A stretch of DNA of 64,000 nt from contig CP051526.1 of assembly GCA_050916045.1 (NCBI GenBank), positions 32,001 to 96,000 on the forward strand. The letters run 5' to 3'. The notes beneath the pieces are model-generated. The model was not told the DNA's origin. It made no database searches and saw only the letters and a list, made by a program, of their open reading frames with translations. Both the position numbers and the translations under genes were made by a program. This DNA is from Tepidisphaera sp. Its GTDB lineage: Bacteria > Planctomycetota > Phycisphaerae > Phycisphaerales > UBA1924. Below are positions 1-8,973 of the stretch, one piece after another (positions within the stretch are counted from its first letter, which is position 1; each line of letters opens with the position of its first letter).

Positions 1-1237
1 GTCGCGGCGCGGCGATCGCGTACCCGAGAGCGAGTTCCTGGGGATGGCGGAGGAAGACACCGCGCTCAAAGCCATGAAGTCCAGGCTGGAAGCGAGCGAG
101 AAGTCCGGCGGCAGCAAAGCCACACGGGCGAAGAAGCCGCTTCTCAAGCAGGAGGTGGATGCGGAAGAGATCGCTGAGGTGGTGTCGCGCTGGACGGGGA
201 TTCCGGTGAGCAAGCTCGTCGAGGGCGAGCGTGACAAGTTGCTTCGGATGGAGGATGGGCTTCGGGCACGCGTCATCGGGCAGGATCACGCGCTGCAGGC
301 GGTCGCGAACGCGGTACGACGATCGCGGGCCGGGCTTGGTGATCCCAAGCGGCCGATCGGGTCGTTTCTTTTCCTTGGTCCGACGGGCGTGGGCAAGACG
401 GAAGCGTGCAAGGCGCTCGCGGAGTTTCTGTTCGACACCGAGGATGCGGTGGTGCGGATCGACATGAGCGAGTATGGCGAGAAGCACGCGGTCGCGCGGC
501 TCCTCGGCGCCCCTCCGGGGTATGTCGGGTTTGAAGAGGGTGGGCAGCTTACGGAAGCGATTCGTCGTCGGCCGTACAGCGTGGTGCTGCTTGATGAGAT
601 CGAGAAGGCGCACCCCGAGGTGTTCAACGTGCTGCTTCAGGTGCTTGACGACGGCCGGTTGACGGACGGTCAGGGCCGGACGGTGGACTTCAAGAACACG
701 ATCATCGTGATGACGAGCAACTTCGGGAGCCAGCAGATTCAGGAACTGGCGTCGAAGGGCGCAGAGGACTGGGAGATCGAAGCGTGCGTGAACGAGCTGC
801 TTCGTCGCGGGCCGGCACGGGTCGCGATGGAGGAGATCGGGAAAGCGACGGGCGTGTCGCCGAAGGTGCTTGAGGTGATGGCGAACTTCCAGGGGAGCGG
901 TTTCCTTCGGCCGGAGGTGTTGAACCGGATTGACGAGACGGTGGTGTTCCACCAGCTCAAGCGGGAGGACATGGGGCGGATCGCGGAGATCCAGATCGGG
1001 CGGGTGGCGGCGCGGCTTGTGGATCGCGGCCTCACACTGGAGGTGTCGGCGGAAGCGAAGGCGCAGCTCGCGATCGAGGGGTGGGACCCGGCGTTCGGGG
1101 CTCGCCCGCTGAAGCGGACGATTCAGGAGCGGGTGGAGAATGCACTGGCGGAGCGAGTGCTTCGCGGGGAGTTCGCGGAGGGCGATCGGGTGCTGGTGGG
1201 GTGGGACGGGAACGCGTTCACGTTCCAGCGGGGGTGA
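1..1237 (+). CDS. clpB: ATP-dependent chaperone ClpB, C-terminal part (NBD2); 5' end outside window
   Basis: Frame open from window start; [33 protein letters not shown] (Walker A), [18 protein letters not shown] (Walker B), GARPLKR. Confidence 0.93.
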   Translation, partial: SRRGDRVPESEFLGMAEEDTALKAMKSRLEASEKSGGSKATRAKKPLLKQEVDAEEIAEVVSRWTGIPVSKLVEGERDKLLRMEDGLRARVIGQDHALQAVANAVRRSRAGLGDPKRPIGSFLFLGPTGVGKTEACKALAEFLFDTEDAVVRIDMSEYGEKHAVARLLGAPPGYVGFEEGGQLTEAIRRRPYSVVLLDEIEKAHPEVFNVLLQVLDDGRLTDGQGRTVDFKNTIIVMTSNFGSQQIQELASKGAEDWEIEACVNELLRRGPARVAMEEIGKATGVSPKVLEVMANFQGSGFLRPEVLNRIDETVVFHQLKREDMGRIAEIQIGRVAARLVDRGLTLEVSAEAKAQLAIEGWDPAFGARPLKRTIQERVENALAERVLRGEFAEGDRVLVGWDGNAFTFQRG

Positions 1238-1278
1238 TCGGACCCGGGGCGGGTGCGAAAAGGGGTTGCAAGTCAAAG

Positions 1279-1317
1279 AGGGCCGATGGTTTGATGGAAC
1301 CGTCGGCTCGCTTTTTG
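1279..1317 (+). terminator. Intrinsic terminator after clpB
   Basis: Stem gggccgatggtt/aaccgtcggctc followed by gcttttt. Confidence 0.65.
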
Positions 1318-1344
1318 TGTATTGTTCGTCACGGAGGATGCCCG

Positions 1345-2250
1345 ATGCGCCGGCGCGGCTTTACGTTGATTGAGCTTCTGGTCGTGATCGCGATCATCGG
1401 GCTTTTGATCGGGCTGCTTCTGCCGGCGCTGGGAGCGGCGCGGCGGTCGGGTCGGCAGACGGTGTGTCTGGCGAACATGAGAACGCTTGTCGTCGGTTGG
1501 CAGATGTACTCGGATGCGAATCGAGATGTGATTGTGGCGCACCGGGCGCCGGACCTGCCGGGTGGGATGGGCAATCCGGCGAACATGCACGAGGTGGGCA
1601 ACGGGCTGAAGTTTCGGCCGACGTGGATCGCGCGGATGGGGCAGTATGTCGGGGTGTACGCGTTTGTCGAGCCACGCACGGACAACGGGCGGCAGGACTT
1701 TGAGAGCAAGGTGTATGTCTGTCCGGAAGCTTCGGACCGGGTGGATGAGCGGAACGCCGCGTACGGGTACAACTACCAGTTTCTTGGGAATAGCCGGCTC
1801 ACGAACGGCCGGTATCACAACTGGCCCGTGAAAATGAGCAAGATCACGCTTCCGTCGGGGACGGTGGTGGCGGGGGACTCGATGGGGACGGCGGCGGGGG
1901 CTTCGCTTGAGAGCAGGACTCCCTACGCGAACGACGGCCGGGATGAGCATTCTTACGGCAACGAAGGATACATCTTCGATCCGCCGCGGCTTGCGGCCGG
2001 CGGGGACATTTCGAACGCGTTTCGCGGGGGGATGGAAGACCGGCACGGGGCGAAGGGGTGGAATCAGGGCCGTGTGGTGGCGATGTTCGCCGATGGTCAT
2101 GCGGATGCGAAGTCGCTTCAGAGCCTGGGGTACCGGATCACGGATGACCGCAGCTTTGCACTCTTCTCGTATGGCGGGGCGTACGGGGACCCGGACAACT
2201 CGCTTTTCAGCGGGACGGGGACGGATGAGGATCCGCCGCTGCTGCCGTGA
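1345..2250 (+). CDS. Prepilin-type N-terminal cleavage/methylation protein with H-X9-DG motif (DUF1559-like)
   Basis: [30 protein letters not shown]-terminal RHGAK...AMFADGH; RBS ggagg upstream of ATG 1345. Confidence 0.88.
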   Translation: MRRRGFTLIELLVVIAIIGLLIGLLLPALGAARRSGRQTVCLANMRTLVVGWQMYSDANRDVIVAHRAPDLPGGMGNPANMHEVGNGLKFRPTWIARMGQYVGVYAFVEPRTDNGRQDFESKVYVCPEASDRVDERNAAYGYNYQFLGNSRLTNGRYHNWPVKMSKITLPSGTVVAGDSMGTAAGASLESRTPYANDGRDEHSYGNEGYIFDPPRLAAGGDISNAFRGGMEDRHGAKGWNQGRVVAMFADGHADAKSLQSLGYRITDDRSFALFSYGGAYGDPDNSLFSGTGTDEDPPLLP

Positions 2251-2315
2251 GCGGATTGGCGCGAACTTAAGCGTGTCTGAGCGTTCGCTTGTGCCCGACC
2301 CCGGACACTTTGTGG

Positions 2316-3149
2316 ATGACAAGCATGCTGTTCATGGCGGCGGTTGCGGCATTGTCGGGCGGGCCGGAGCTGGTGGAGGTTCCGGCTTCGCGGGACTCGA
2401 CGCTTTATCAATCGAACACGGGCGAGGTTGCCAATGGATCGGGTCAGCATCTGTTCGCGGGTGTGACGCTTCGCGAGGGTTCTTTGCGGCGGTGTGTGCT
2501 TTACTTTGATGTGGCGTCGGCGGTTCCGAGTGGGGCGCGGGTGGTGTCGGCGAGTCTCCGGCTGAATGTCTCGCGCACGCCGCGGGATCAGTCGAGCGTG
2601 GTGACCGTGCACGAGGTGTTGCGCTCGTGGAGCGAGGGGCCGAGCGATGCCGAGGGAGAAGAAGGCATCGGCGCTCCCACGATGAGCGGCGACAGCACCT
2701 GGATTCACTCGAGCTTTCCGAACGAGCGCTGGTCGAGAGCCGGCGGCGATTTTGGTCCCTCGCTGACGCAGACGGAGGTGTTGAACGAGGGCTTCTACAC
2801 ATGGCCGAGCACCCAAGCGTTCACGGAGCTGGTGTCGGCGTGGGCGGGGTCGCCTGCGGCCAATGTCGGCGTGCTGCTTCGAGGGACGGAGACGACGACC
2901 GGGAACACGAAGCGGTTTGATTCGAGGGAGAACGAGAATGCCGCGGTTCGGCCTGCTTTGCAGGTGTGGTACCGCTGTCTCGCGGACTTCAACGAGGACG
3001 ACTTCGTGGACTTCTTCGACTATCAGGCATTCGTGAGCTGCTTTGAGGGTCTTTGCGAGCCCGGGCTTGATGCGGACGCCAATCAGGACGGGTTCGTCGA
3101 TTTCTTCGACTACGACCGGTTTGTGACGGTGTTTGAGACGGGGTGTTGA
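2316..3149 (+). CDS. Secreted DNRLRE-like domain protein with C-terminal GC-type dockerin-like tag
   Basis: Signal-like N-terminus; RDSTLYQ, LYFDVASAVPSGARVVSASLRL, RFDSRE...RPAL; duplicated ADFNxDxFVDFFDY ending ETGC; start uncertain (2289/2316/2325). Confidence 0.75.
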   Translation: MTSMLFMAAVAALSGGPELVEVPASRDSTLYQSNTGEVANGSGQHLFAGVTLREGSLRRCVLYFDVASAVPSGARVVSASLRLNVSRTPRDQSSVVTVHEVLRSWSEGPSDAEGEEGIGAPTMSGDSTWIHSSFPNERWSRAGGDFGPSLTQTEVLNEGFYTWPSTQAFTELVSAWAGSPAANVGVLLRGTETTTGNTKRFDSRENENAAVRPALQVWYRCLADFNEDDFVDFFDYQAFVSCFEGLCEPGLDADANQDGFVDFFDYDRFVTVFETGC

Positions 3150-3308
3150 GGCGAGCGTCGGGCTCCGTCTTCGCTTGCGAGATCGTGGCTTTTCGCCAGA
3201 AACGCCACCGGGCCCCGTCCGAGACCCATCTTGGGTGCGGCACGGGGCCCGGCGTGATGAAGCTTGGAAAGCGGAGGAATCGGTTCAGCGTCGAAGGTCC
3301 GGGTGGAC

Positions 3309-4004
3309 TCAGCGGCGGCGACGGCCGAGGCAGAGGACGCCGAAGCCGGCGAGAACGGCGGTGCCGGGGGTCGGGATCGAGAAGCCCATGACGAGCTGGT
3401 CCTGGGCGCTGCCGCTTCGGAGGCCGGCGAGCTGGGGCGAACCTTCGTTGCTGGACGTCGCGGCGGCGAAGAGCGTGGTGAGGTGGCCGAGAACGGTCGC
3501 GCTGAGGGACGAGCCGTCGGTCTTTGTCGCGCGGAAGTCACCGGCGGTGATGCTCAGCGATCCGGCCGTGCCGTTGTAGTCCGTCACGATCTCCCAGACC
3601 GCGAGCTGGAACGCGGCGGCGAGGGACGCGGTGGCGTTGGAAGCGATCGCGGAAGAGCCCGCGGCGGTGTAGATCGCGCGGATCGCGCCGGCTTTCACGT
3701 TGCCCATCGGGCTGACGTTGGAGACCTGCTCGATCTCGACGACCTCGTAGGGAGTGAAGGAAGACGAGACATACTGGGCGATGTCGGCGCAGAACGTGCG
3801 GTGGTCGCCGTTGAGCGCGGCTTCGGAGCCGGTGCCGTTGGCGATCTGGTGGCGAAGCTGGCCGGCGAAGACGTTGCGCTGATTGCCGAAGTGCGAGATC
3901 CGCACCGAGGAACCTTCGCCCGTGCCGAGGAACTTCATGTCGACGAACCCGGCGTTGGCGGAAGCGGCAGCGGCGGCGACAAGGACGAACGCGATGGTCT
4001 TCAT
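3309..4004 (-). CDS. Secreted PEP-CTERM-like sorting-domain protein (thioester-domain-like motifs)
   Basis: Signal peptide MKTIAFVLVAAAAASANA; TFCADI, AFQLAVWE, AQDQLV; tail IPTPG-hydrophobic-RRRR. Confidence 0.82.
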   Translation of the reverse strand: MKTIAFVLVAAAAASANAGFVDMKFLGTGEGSSVRISHFGNQRNVFAGQLRHQIANGTGSEAALNGDHRTFCADIAQYVSSSFTPYEVVEIEQVSNVSPMGNVKAGAIRAIYTAAGSSAIASNATASLAAAFQLAVWEIVTDYNGTAGSLSITAGDFRATKTDGSSLSATVLGHLTTLFAAATSSNEGSPQLAGLRSGSAQDQLVMGFSIPTPGTAVLAGFGVLCLGRRRR

Positions 4005-4272
4005 GGCTTGATACTCCGTTATCGTGTCCCGCTCCGATCCGTGGAGCGGGTTGTGTGTACACCATGCCGCACAAACCGGCTCCCGGCCACGGAAAGCCGG
4101 CCAGCGAGGCCCGACGGGGGTCGCCCGGATCGGGGGCGCGGTGTGCAAGGGCTGACGGTTGCCGTTCTGGGACACCCGATTCGCGATTGGGGCGTTTTCT
4201 TCGCTTTCCGGACGCCCGAGCGTCGGATAAAGTGCCCCCAGGCTTCCCCCTCGGTAGCCTGCCCTTTCACCC

Positions 4273-7200
4273 ATGGCCGACGCACCCTCCAAACCCGCTC
4301 CGCCCGCGCCCGCGATCCCCCGCGAGAAGCAGTTCGTCCACCTGCACCTGCACACGGAGTACTCGCTGCTCGACGGCGGCAACCGCGTGGACAAGCTCGT
4401 GGCCCGCGTTGCTGAACTCGGCATGACGGCCGTCGCGGTGACGGACCACGGCAACATCTTCGGAGCGGCTTCGGTCTACGCCGCGTGCAAGGAAAAGGGG
4501 ATCAAGCCGATCCTCGGCTGCGAGGCGTACGTGACGCCGCCGGACAAGCCGCGCACGGACCGGACGTACACCGGGGGCGGCGAGGGCGGGTACCACCTCG
4601 TCCTGCTGTGCGAAAACAACACGGGGTGGCAGAACCTGCTCGTGCTTGCGAGCGAAGCGTACCTCACCGGGTTCTACTACAAGCCGCGCATCGACCGCGA
4701 GCTTCTCGCCAAGCACAGCGAAGGCCTGATCGCGATCAACGGGCACCTGGGCAGCGAGATCGGCGAGCACCTGCTTGATTTCGAGCGCTCGGGCGACCGC
4801 AAGTACTGGCTTCTCGCGGTGGAGTCCGCGACGTGGCACAAGAAGACGTTCCCGGGGCGGTTCTACGTCGAGCTTCAGCACCACATCAAAGAACAGAACT
4901 CGATCAACAAGCACCTGATCAAGCTCGCGGATGAGCTTGGCCTGCCGCTGGTGTGCGACAACGACTCGCACTTCCTCAAAGCCGAGGACCACGACGCGCA
5001 CGACACGCTCGTCTGCATCTCGACGGCCAAGAGCAAGTTTGACGAGCAGCGGATGAAGTATCCCGAGGCGCTCTACGTCAAGAGCCCCTCGGAGATGCGC
5101 GAGCTTTTCGAGGGGACGTACGGCGAGATCGGCCGCAAGGCGTGCGACGCGACGGTCGAGATCGCCGAGCGCTGCAATGTCGAGCTTCCGCTGGGCAAGA
5201 ACAACTCCCCGATGGTGCGGATCGCGCTGCCGACGGCGAAATCGCTTCCCAAGCACGACGACCGTGAGTTCGCCGGCGACCTGACCGCGTGGTATACGGC
5301 GTACTGCGCGAAGTTCAACGTCGAACCGTTCGACCACACGCCGACGGCGGAGGAGCTCGCGGCGTCAAAGACGGATTGCGACGCGGCGCTTCGGATGCTG
5401 GCGGAAGCGGGGTTTGTGTGGCGGTACGGGGCCGATGCCGCCGCGAAGAGCGCGGAGCGGAGAGCGCGGCTTGAGCGCGAGCTCAAGATCCTCGCCGACA
5501 AGAACATCTCCGCGTACTTCCTGATCGTGTGGGACTTCGTCAACTGGGGCCGGCAGCGGGGGATCCCGGCGAACGCGCGTGGATCGGGCGTCGGCACGAT
5601 GGTGGGGTACGTGCTCGGCCTGTCGAACGCGTGCCCGGTCGAGTACGGCTTGCTTTTTGAGCGGTTCACCGATCCCGATCGAAGCGAGTATCCGGATATC
5701 GATATCGACCTGTGCCAGGACGGGCGCGGGGACGTCATCAACCATGTGCGGACCAAGTACGGCCACGTGGCGCAGATCATCACGTTCGGGACGATGAAAG
5801 CCCGCGCGGCGATCCGCGATGTGGCTCGCGTGCTTGAGGTGTCGCTGCCGGTCGCGGACCGGATCGCCAAGCTCATCCCCGAAACGCTGAACATCACGCT
5901 TGAAGAGTCGCTTGAGCAGGAGCCTGAGCTTCAGGGTGTGTACGACGGCCTGCGGCCGAATTTGGAGCGGGTGAACGCGAACCTGCCGGTCGAGCAGCAC
6001 ATCACGGCGGAGCGGGCGCGGTCGCTTCTTGATCAAGCGATGACGCTCGAGGGCCAGGTGCGGCATGCGGGCGTGCACGCGGCGGGCGTGATCGTCGCGA
6101 CGCGGCCGCTTCAGGAGATCGTGCCGCTTTATCGGCAGACGGGGAGCGAAGAGAACGAGATCGTGACGCAGTGGGACGGTCCCACGTGCGAGAAGATGGG
6201 CCTCTTGAAGATGGACTTCCTCGGGCTGAGGACGCTTTCTGTCGTCGAGCGGGCGAAGAAGCTCATTCGCGGGGGATTGACCGAGGAAGCGATCCACGAA
6301 GCAGTGGGGCGGAAGAAGGGTGACGGCAAGCCGCATCCGCTGGATCTTGACCGGCTGGACTACGGCGACCAGTGCGTCTTCGAGATGTTCCGGCGCGGTG
6401 ACACAACGGGCGTGTTTCAGTTTGAATCAGAGGGCATGCGACGGCTTCTGCGCGATATGAAGCCAGACCGCCTCGAAGACCTGATCGCGGCCAACGCTCT
6501 GTTCCGGCCGGGCCCGATGGACCTGATCCCCGACTACAACGCTCGCAAGCACGGCAAGCAGGAGGTCCCGAAGGTTCACGAGATCGTGGACCGGTATACC
6601 GGCGAGACGTACGGCGTCATGGTGTACCAGGAACAGGTCATGCAGATCGTGCACGGCTTGGGCGGGATCAAGCTCCGCGATGCGTACACGTTGATCAAGA
6701 ACATCAGCAAGAAGAAGCACGACAAGATCGAGAAGGAACGGCCCAAATTCGTCGAGGGGTCGCAGAAGCAGGGGTTGACGAAGCAGCAAGCCGAGGAGTT
6801 GTTCGAGCTCATCCTGAAGTTCGCGGGGTACGGCTTCAACAAGAGCCATTCGACCGGCTACGCCATCGTCGCGTATCAGACCGCGTACCTCAAGACGTAT
6901 TTCCCAAGCCAGTACATGGCGGCGTTCCTGACGTACGAAAGCCAGGCGAACAAGGTGAGCGAGTGGATCCCGTACCTCGAGGATGCTCGCAAGTGCAAAT
7001 GCGTCGATCCGCTGACGCGGCAGCCGATCACGAGCGGGATCGAGATCCGTCCGCCGGACGTGAACATGTCCGATGCGGATTTCTCGGTGGTCTATGACGA
7101 GAGCGATCCGCCGCCCGCGGAACGAAGGGCTCACCACGGGCACATGCGGTTCGGCCTCAACGGCATCAAGGGAGCCGGCGAGAAAGCGATCCGCGCGGTC

Positions 7201-8406
7201 ATCGCGGAGCGGGCGCCGAAAGCGGATGATCCCGCCGGGTTGCCACGGAAGTTCACGTCGCTCTTTGATTTCTGCGACCGCGTGATGTCGCACGGGCAGG
7301 GCGTGATGAACAAAGCCACGCTCGAATCGCTCATCAAGTGCGGAGCGTGCGACTCGCTGCACGGGAAAGGCAACCGCGCGGCGATGATCGCTTCGATCGA
7401 GCAGGCGATGCAGGCCGCACAGAAGATTGCGGCCGACAAGGCGAGCGGTCAATCAATCCTGTTCGGTTTTTCAGAGCCCGCAGCGCAAGCAAGGGGGAAC
7501 GGAGCGGGTGCCCCGGGCGGCGCAGGCCTCCAGAAATCAACCCCCTGGCCCGAAGCGGAAGCTCTCAAGTTCGAGAAGGATGTTCTCGGGTTCTACGTCA
7601 GCAGCCATCCGCTGGATCAGTGGAAGCACTGGACAGGCGTCTTCGCGACGGGCACGACGCAGAGCATCAAGACGACCCCGCAGGACGGGCGCGTCGTTCT
7701 CGCGGGCACGGTGAACGCGACGCGGGTGCTGGTCGCGAAGAGCGGGCGGTCGGCGGGGCAGAAGATGGCGGCGGTCTCGATCGAGGACCCGTACGGCGTG
7801 GCCGAGTGCTTCATGTTCACGGATCAGTACGCGAAGTACGGGCACCTGTGCGAGATCGACAAGGCGGTGTTCGTGCTGGGGCGGGTGGACCACAAGCGGG
7901 GCGAGCCGCAGCTTCTGATCGAGAAGATCACGCCGATTGACTGTGTGCCGCTGATGCCGGGGCGGTTGCAGCTCATCGTGGATGAGACGAGGCTGAACGG
8001 GTCATCGGAGGCGGCGATTGATCGGATCGGGGAGCTTTTGGCGTCGAATCTTCAGCCGCCGACGGTGGTGACGCGGGTGAACAGCCCGGCGGCGATGGCG
8101 GCGGCGCTGGCGACGACGCCGGGGCGGAATGGTGGGGGTGGTGGGGGTGGCGGGGGGACGGCGGTGGCGGAGCGGCGGGCGGAGGCGATTGATCCGACCA
8201 CGATGTTCCCGGTGGAGCTGTTGATCGCGACGGAGGAGCAGTTCGCGGTGCTCGCGCTACCGACATCGTTGAAGCAGCCACTCGGGCCGACGCTGATCGG
8301 GGAACTGGCGAAGGTGCTCGGGCCGGATCGGGTGCGGATCATGGGGGGCGTGGCGATCGAGAAGACGCAGGAGAAGCCGCGGTGGGGCGGGCGGAAGGAA
8401 GAGTGA
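4273..8406 (+). CDS. dnaE: DNA polymerase III alpha subunit
   Basis: PHP motifs FVHLHLHTEYSLLDG, TDHG; RGSGVG; PDIDID catalytic motif; FAGYGFNKSH; OB-fold region. Confidence 0.98.
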   Translation: MADAPSKPAPPAPAIPREKQFVHLHLHTEYSLLDGGNRVDKLVARVAELGMTAVAVTDHGNIFGAASVYAACKEKGIKPILGCEAYVTPPDKPRTDRTYTGGGEGGYHLVLLCENNTGWQNLLVLASEAYLTGFYYKPRIDRELLAKHSEGLIAINGHLGSEIGEHLLDFERSGDRKYWLLAVESATWHKKTFPGRFYVELQHHIKEQNSINKHLIKLADELGLPLVCDNDSHFLKAEDHDAHDTLVCISTAKSKFDEQRMKYPEALYVKSPSEMRELFEGTYGEIGRKACDATVEIAERCNVELPLGKNNSPMVRIALPTAKSLPKHDDREFAGDLTAWYTAYCAKFNVEPFDHTPTAEELAASKTDCDAALRMLAEAGFVWRYGADAAAKSAERRARLERELKILADKNISAYFLIVWDFVNWGRQRGIPANARGSGVGTMVGYVLGLSNACPVEYGLLFERFTDPDRSEYPDIDIDLCQDGRGDVINHVRTKYGHVAQIITFGTMKARAAIRDVARVLEVSLPVADRIAKLIPETLNITLEESLEQEPELQGVYDGLRPNLERVNANLPVEQHITAERARSLLDQAMTLEGQVRHAGVHAAGVIVATRPLQEIVPLYRQTGSEENEIVTQWDGPTCEKMGLLKMDFLGLRTLSVVERAKKLIRGGLTEEAIHEAVGRKKGDGKPHPLDLDRLDYGDQCVFEMFRRGDTTGVFQFESEGMRRLLRDMKPDRLEDLIAANALFRPGPMDLIPDYNARKHGKQEVPKVHEIVDRYTGETYGVMVYQEQVMQIVHGLGGIKLRDAYTLIKNISKKKHDKIEKERPKFVEGSQKQGLTKQQAEELFELILKFAGYGFNKSHSTGYAIVAYQTAYLKTYFPSQYMAAFLTYESQANKVSEWIPYLEDARKCKCVDPLTRQPITSGIEIRPPDVNMSDADFSVVYDESDPPPAERRAHHGHMRFGLNGIKGAGEKAIRAVIAERAPKADDPAGLPRKFTSLFDFCDRVMSHGQGVMNKATLESLIKCGACDSLHGKGNRAAMIASIEQAMQAAQKIAADKASGQSILFGFSEPAAQARGNGAGAPGGAGLQKSTPWPEAEALKFEKDVLGFYVSSHPLDQWKHWTGVFATGTTQSIKTTPQDGRVVLAGTVNATRVLVAKSGRSAGQKMAAVSIEDPYGVAECFMFTDQYAKYGHLCEIDKAVFVLGRVDHKRGEPQLLIEKITPIDCVPLMPGRLQLIVDETRLNGSSEAAIDRIGELLASNLQPPTVVTRVNSPAAMAAALATTPGRNGGGGGGGGGTAVAERRAEAIDPTTMFPVELLIATEEQFAVLALPTSLKQPLGPTLIGELAKVLGPDRVRIMGGVAIEKTQEKPRWGGRKEE

Positions 8407-8475
8407 GCGTCGGTTTCGCCTCGCTTCGCCGCTTAGAAGATTGTGACCACCCCTCCCGAGGTCTCGAACGAGCGC

Positions 8476-8964
8476 TTATCCGCGTTGCTTTGCAGGACCG
8501 AGTGCTCGCCGCAGCTCATCCAGAAACTCTCTATCGGAATCCCCGGCGGTGCTGACTTTCAGCGTTCCGTCGGCGAGTGCGATCATGAGGAGCGGGCTTG
8601 AGCCTTCCACCACGCGGAACCAGCGTACGTGGCCGTAGGGTACGGAAAGGTGACGGACTTGTCGGGGCCATAGAAACCGGTAAAGCACCAAATGGCGAAG
8701 TTCAAGGCTTGCATTGGCGGGGTCAAGCTTCAGTGACGGGGGGCCGTGCGCGTAGCTGACGGCGATATGAACTGCACTTGTCCACAGTCCGATGGCGAGG
8801 GCGAAGTCGAGCGCCTTGAGAGGAACAGGCCCCGAGCGAACAAGAGCGACGAGTGTGACGAGCGCCGCACCCGCGACATGCAAGCACAAGTGGAACCAGA
8901 ACCAAGGCCCCGCATAGGGCGCGCGTGTCCAGTGCAGCTCCATCGGGCGGGGGGCGATTGACAT
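8476..8964 (-). CDS. Hypothetical membrane protein (two N-terminal TM segments)
   Basis: Fills the gap directly downstream of the GT4 gene; two hydrophobic helices. Confidence 0.55.
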   Translation of the reverse strand: MSIAPRPMELHWTRAPYAGPWFWFHLCLHVAGAALVTLVALVRSGPVPLKALDFALAIGLWTSAVHIAVSYAHGPPSLKLDPANASLELRHLVLYRFLWPRQVRHLSVPYGHVRWFRVVEGSSPLLMIALADGTLKVSTAGDSDREFLDELRRALGPAKQRG

Positions 8965-8973
8965 CGAAAGATC

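Noticed and set aside
1081..1344. Long N-terminal extensions in the ORF track (e.g. 1081, 4457, 18082, 23016, 47347, 58788)
   Set aside because: They overlap neighbouring genes or terminators; downstream starts with RBS, -10 element or signal peptide fit better
4273..8406. Possible intein explaining the long DnaE
   Set aside because: No C/S...HN-C/S/T splice junctions or LAGLIDADG motifs; the extra length is several short inserts
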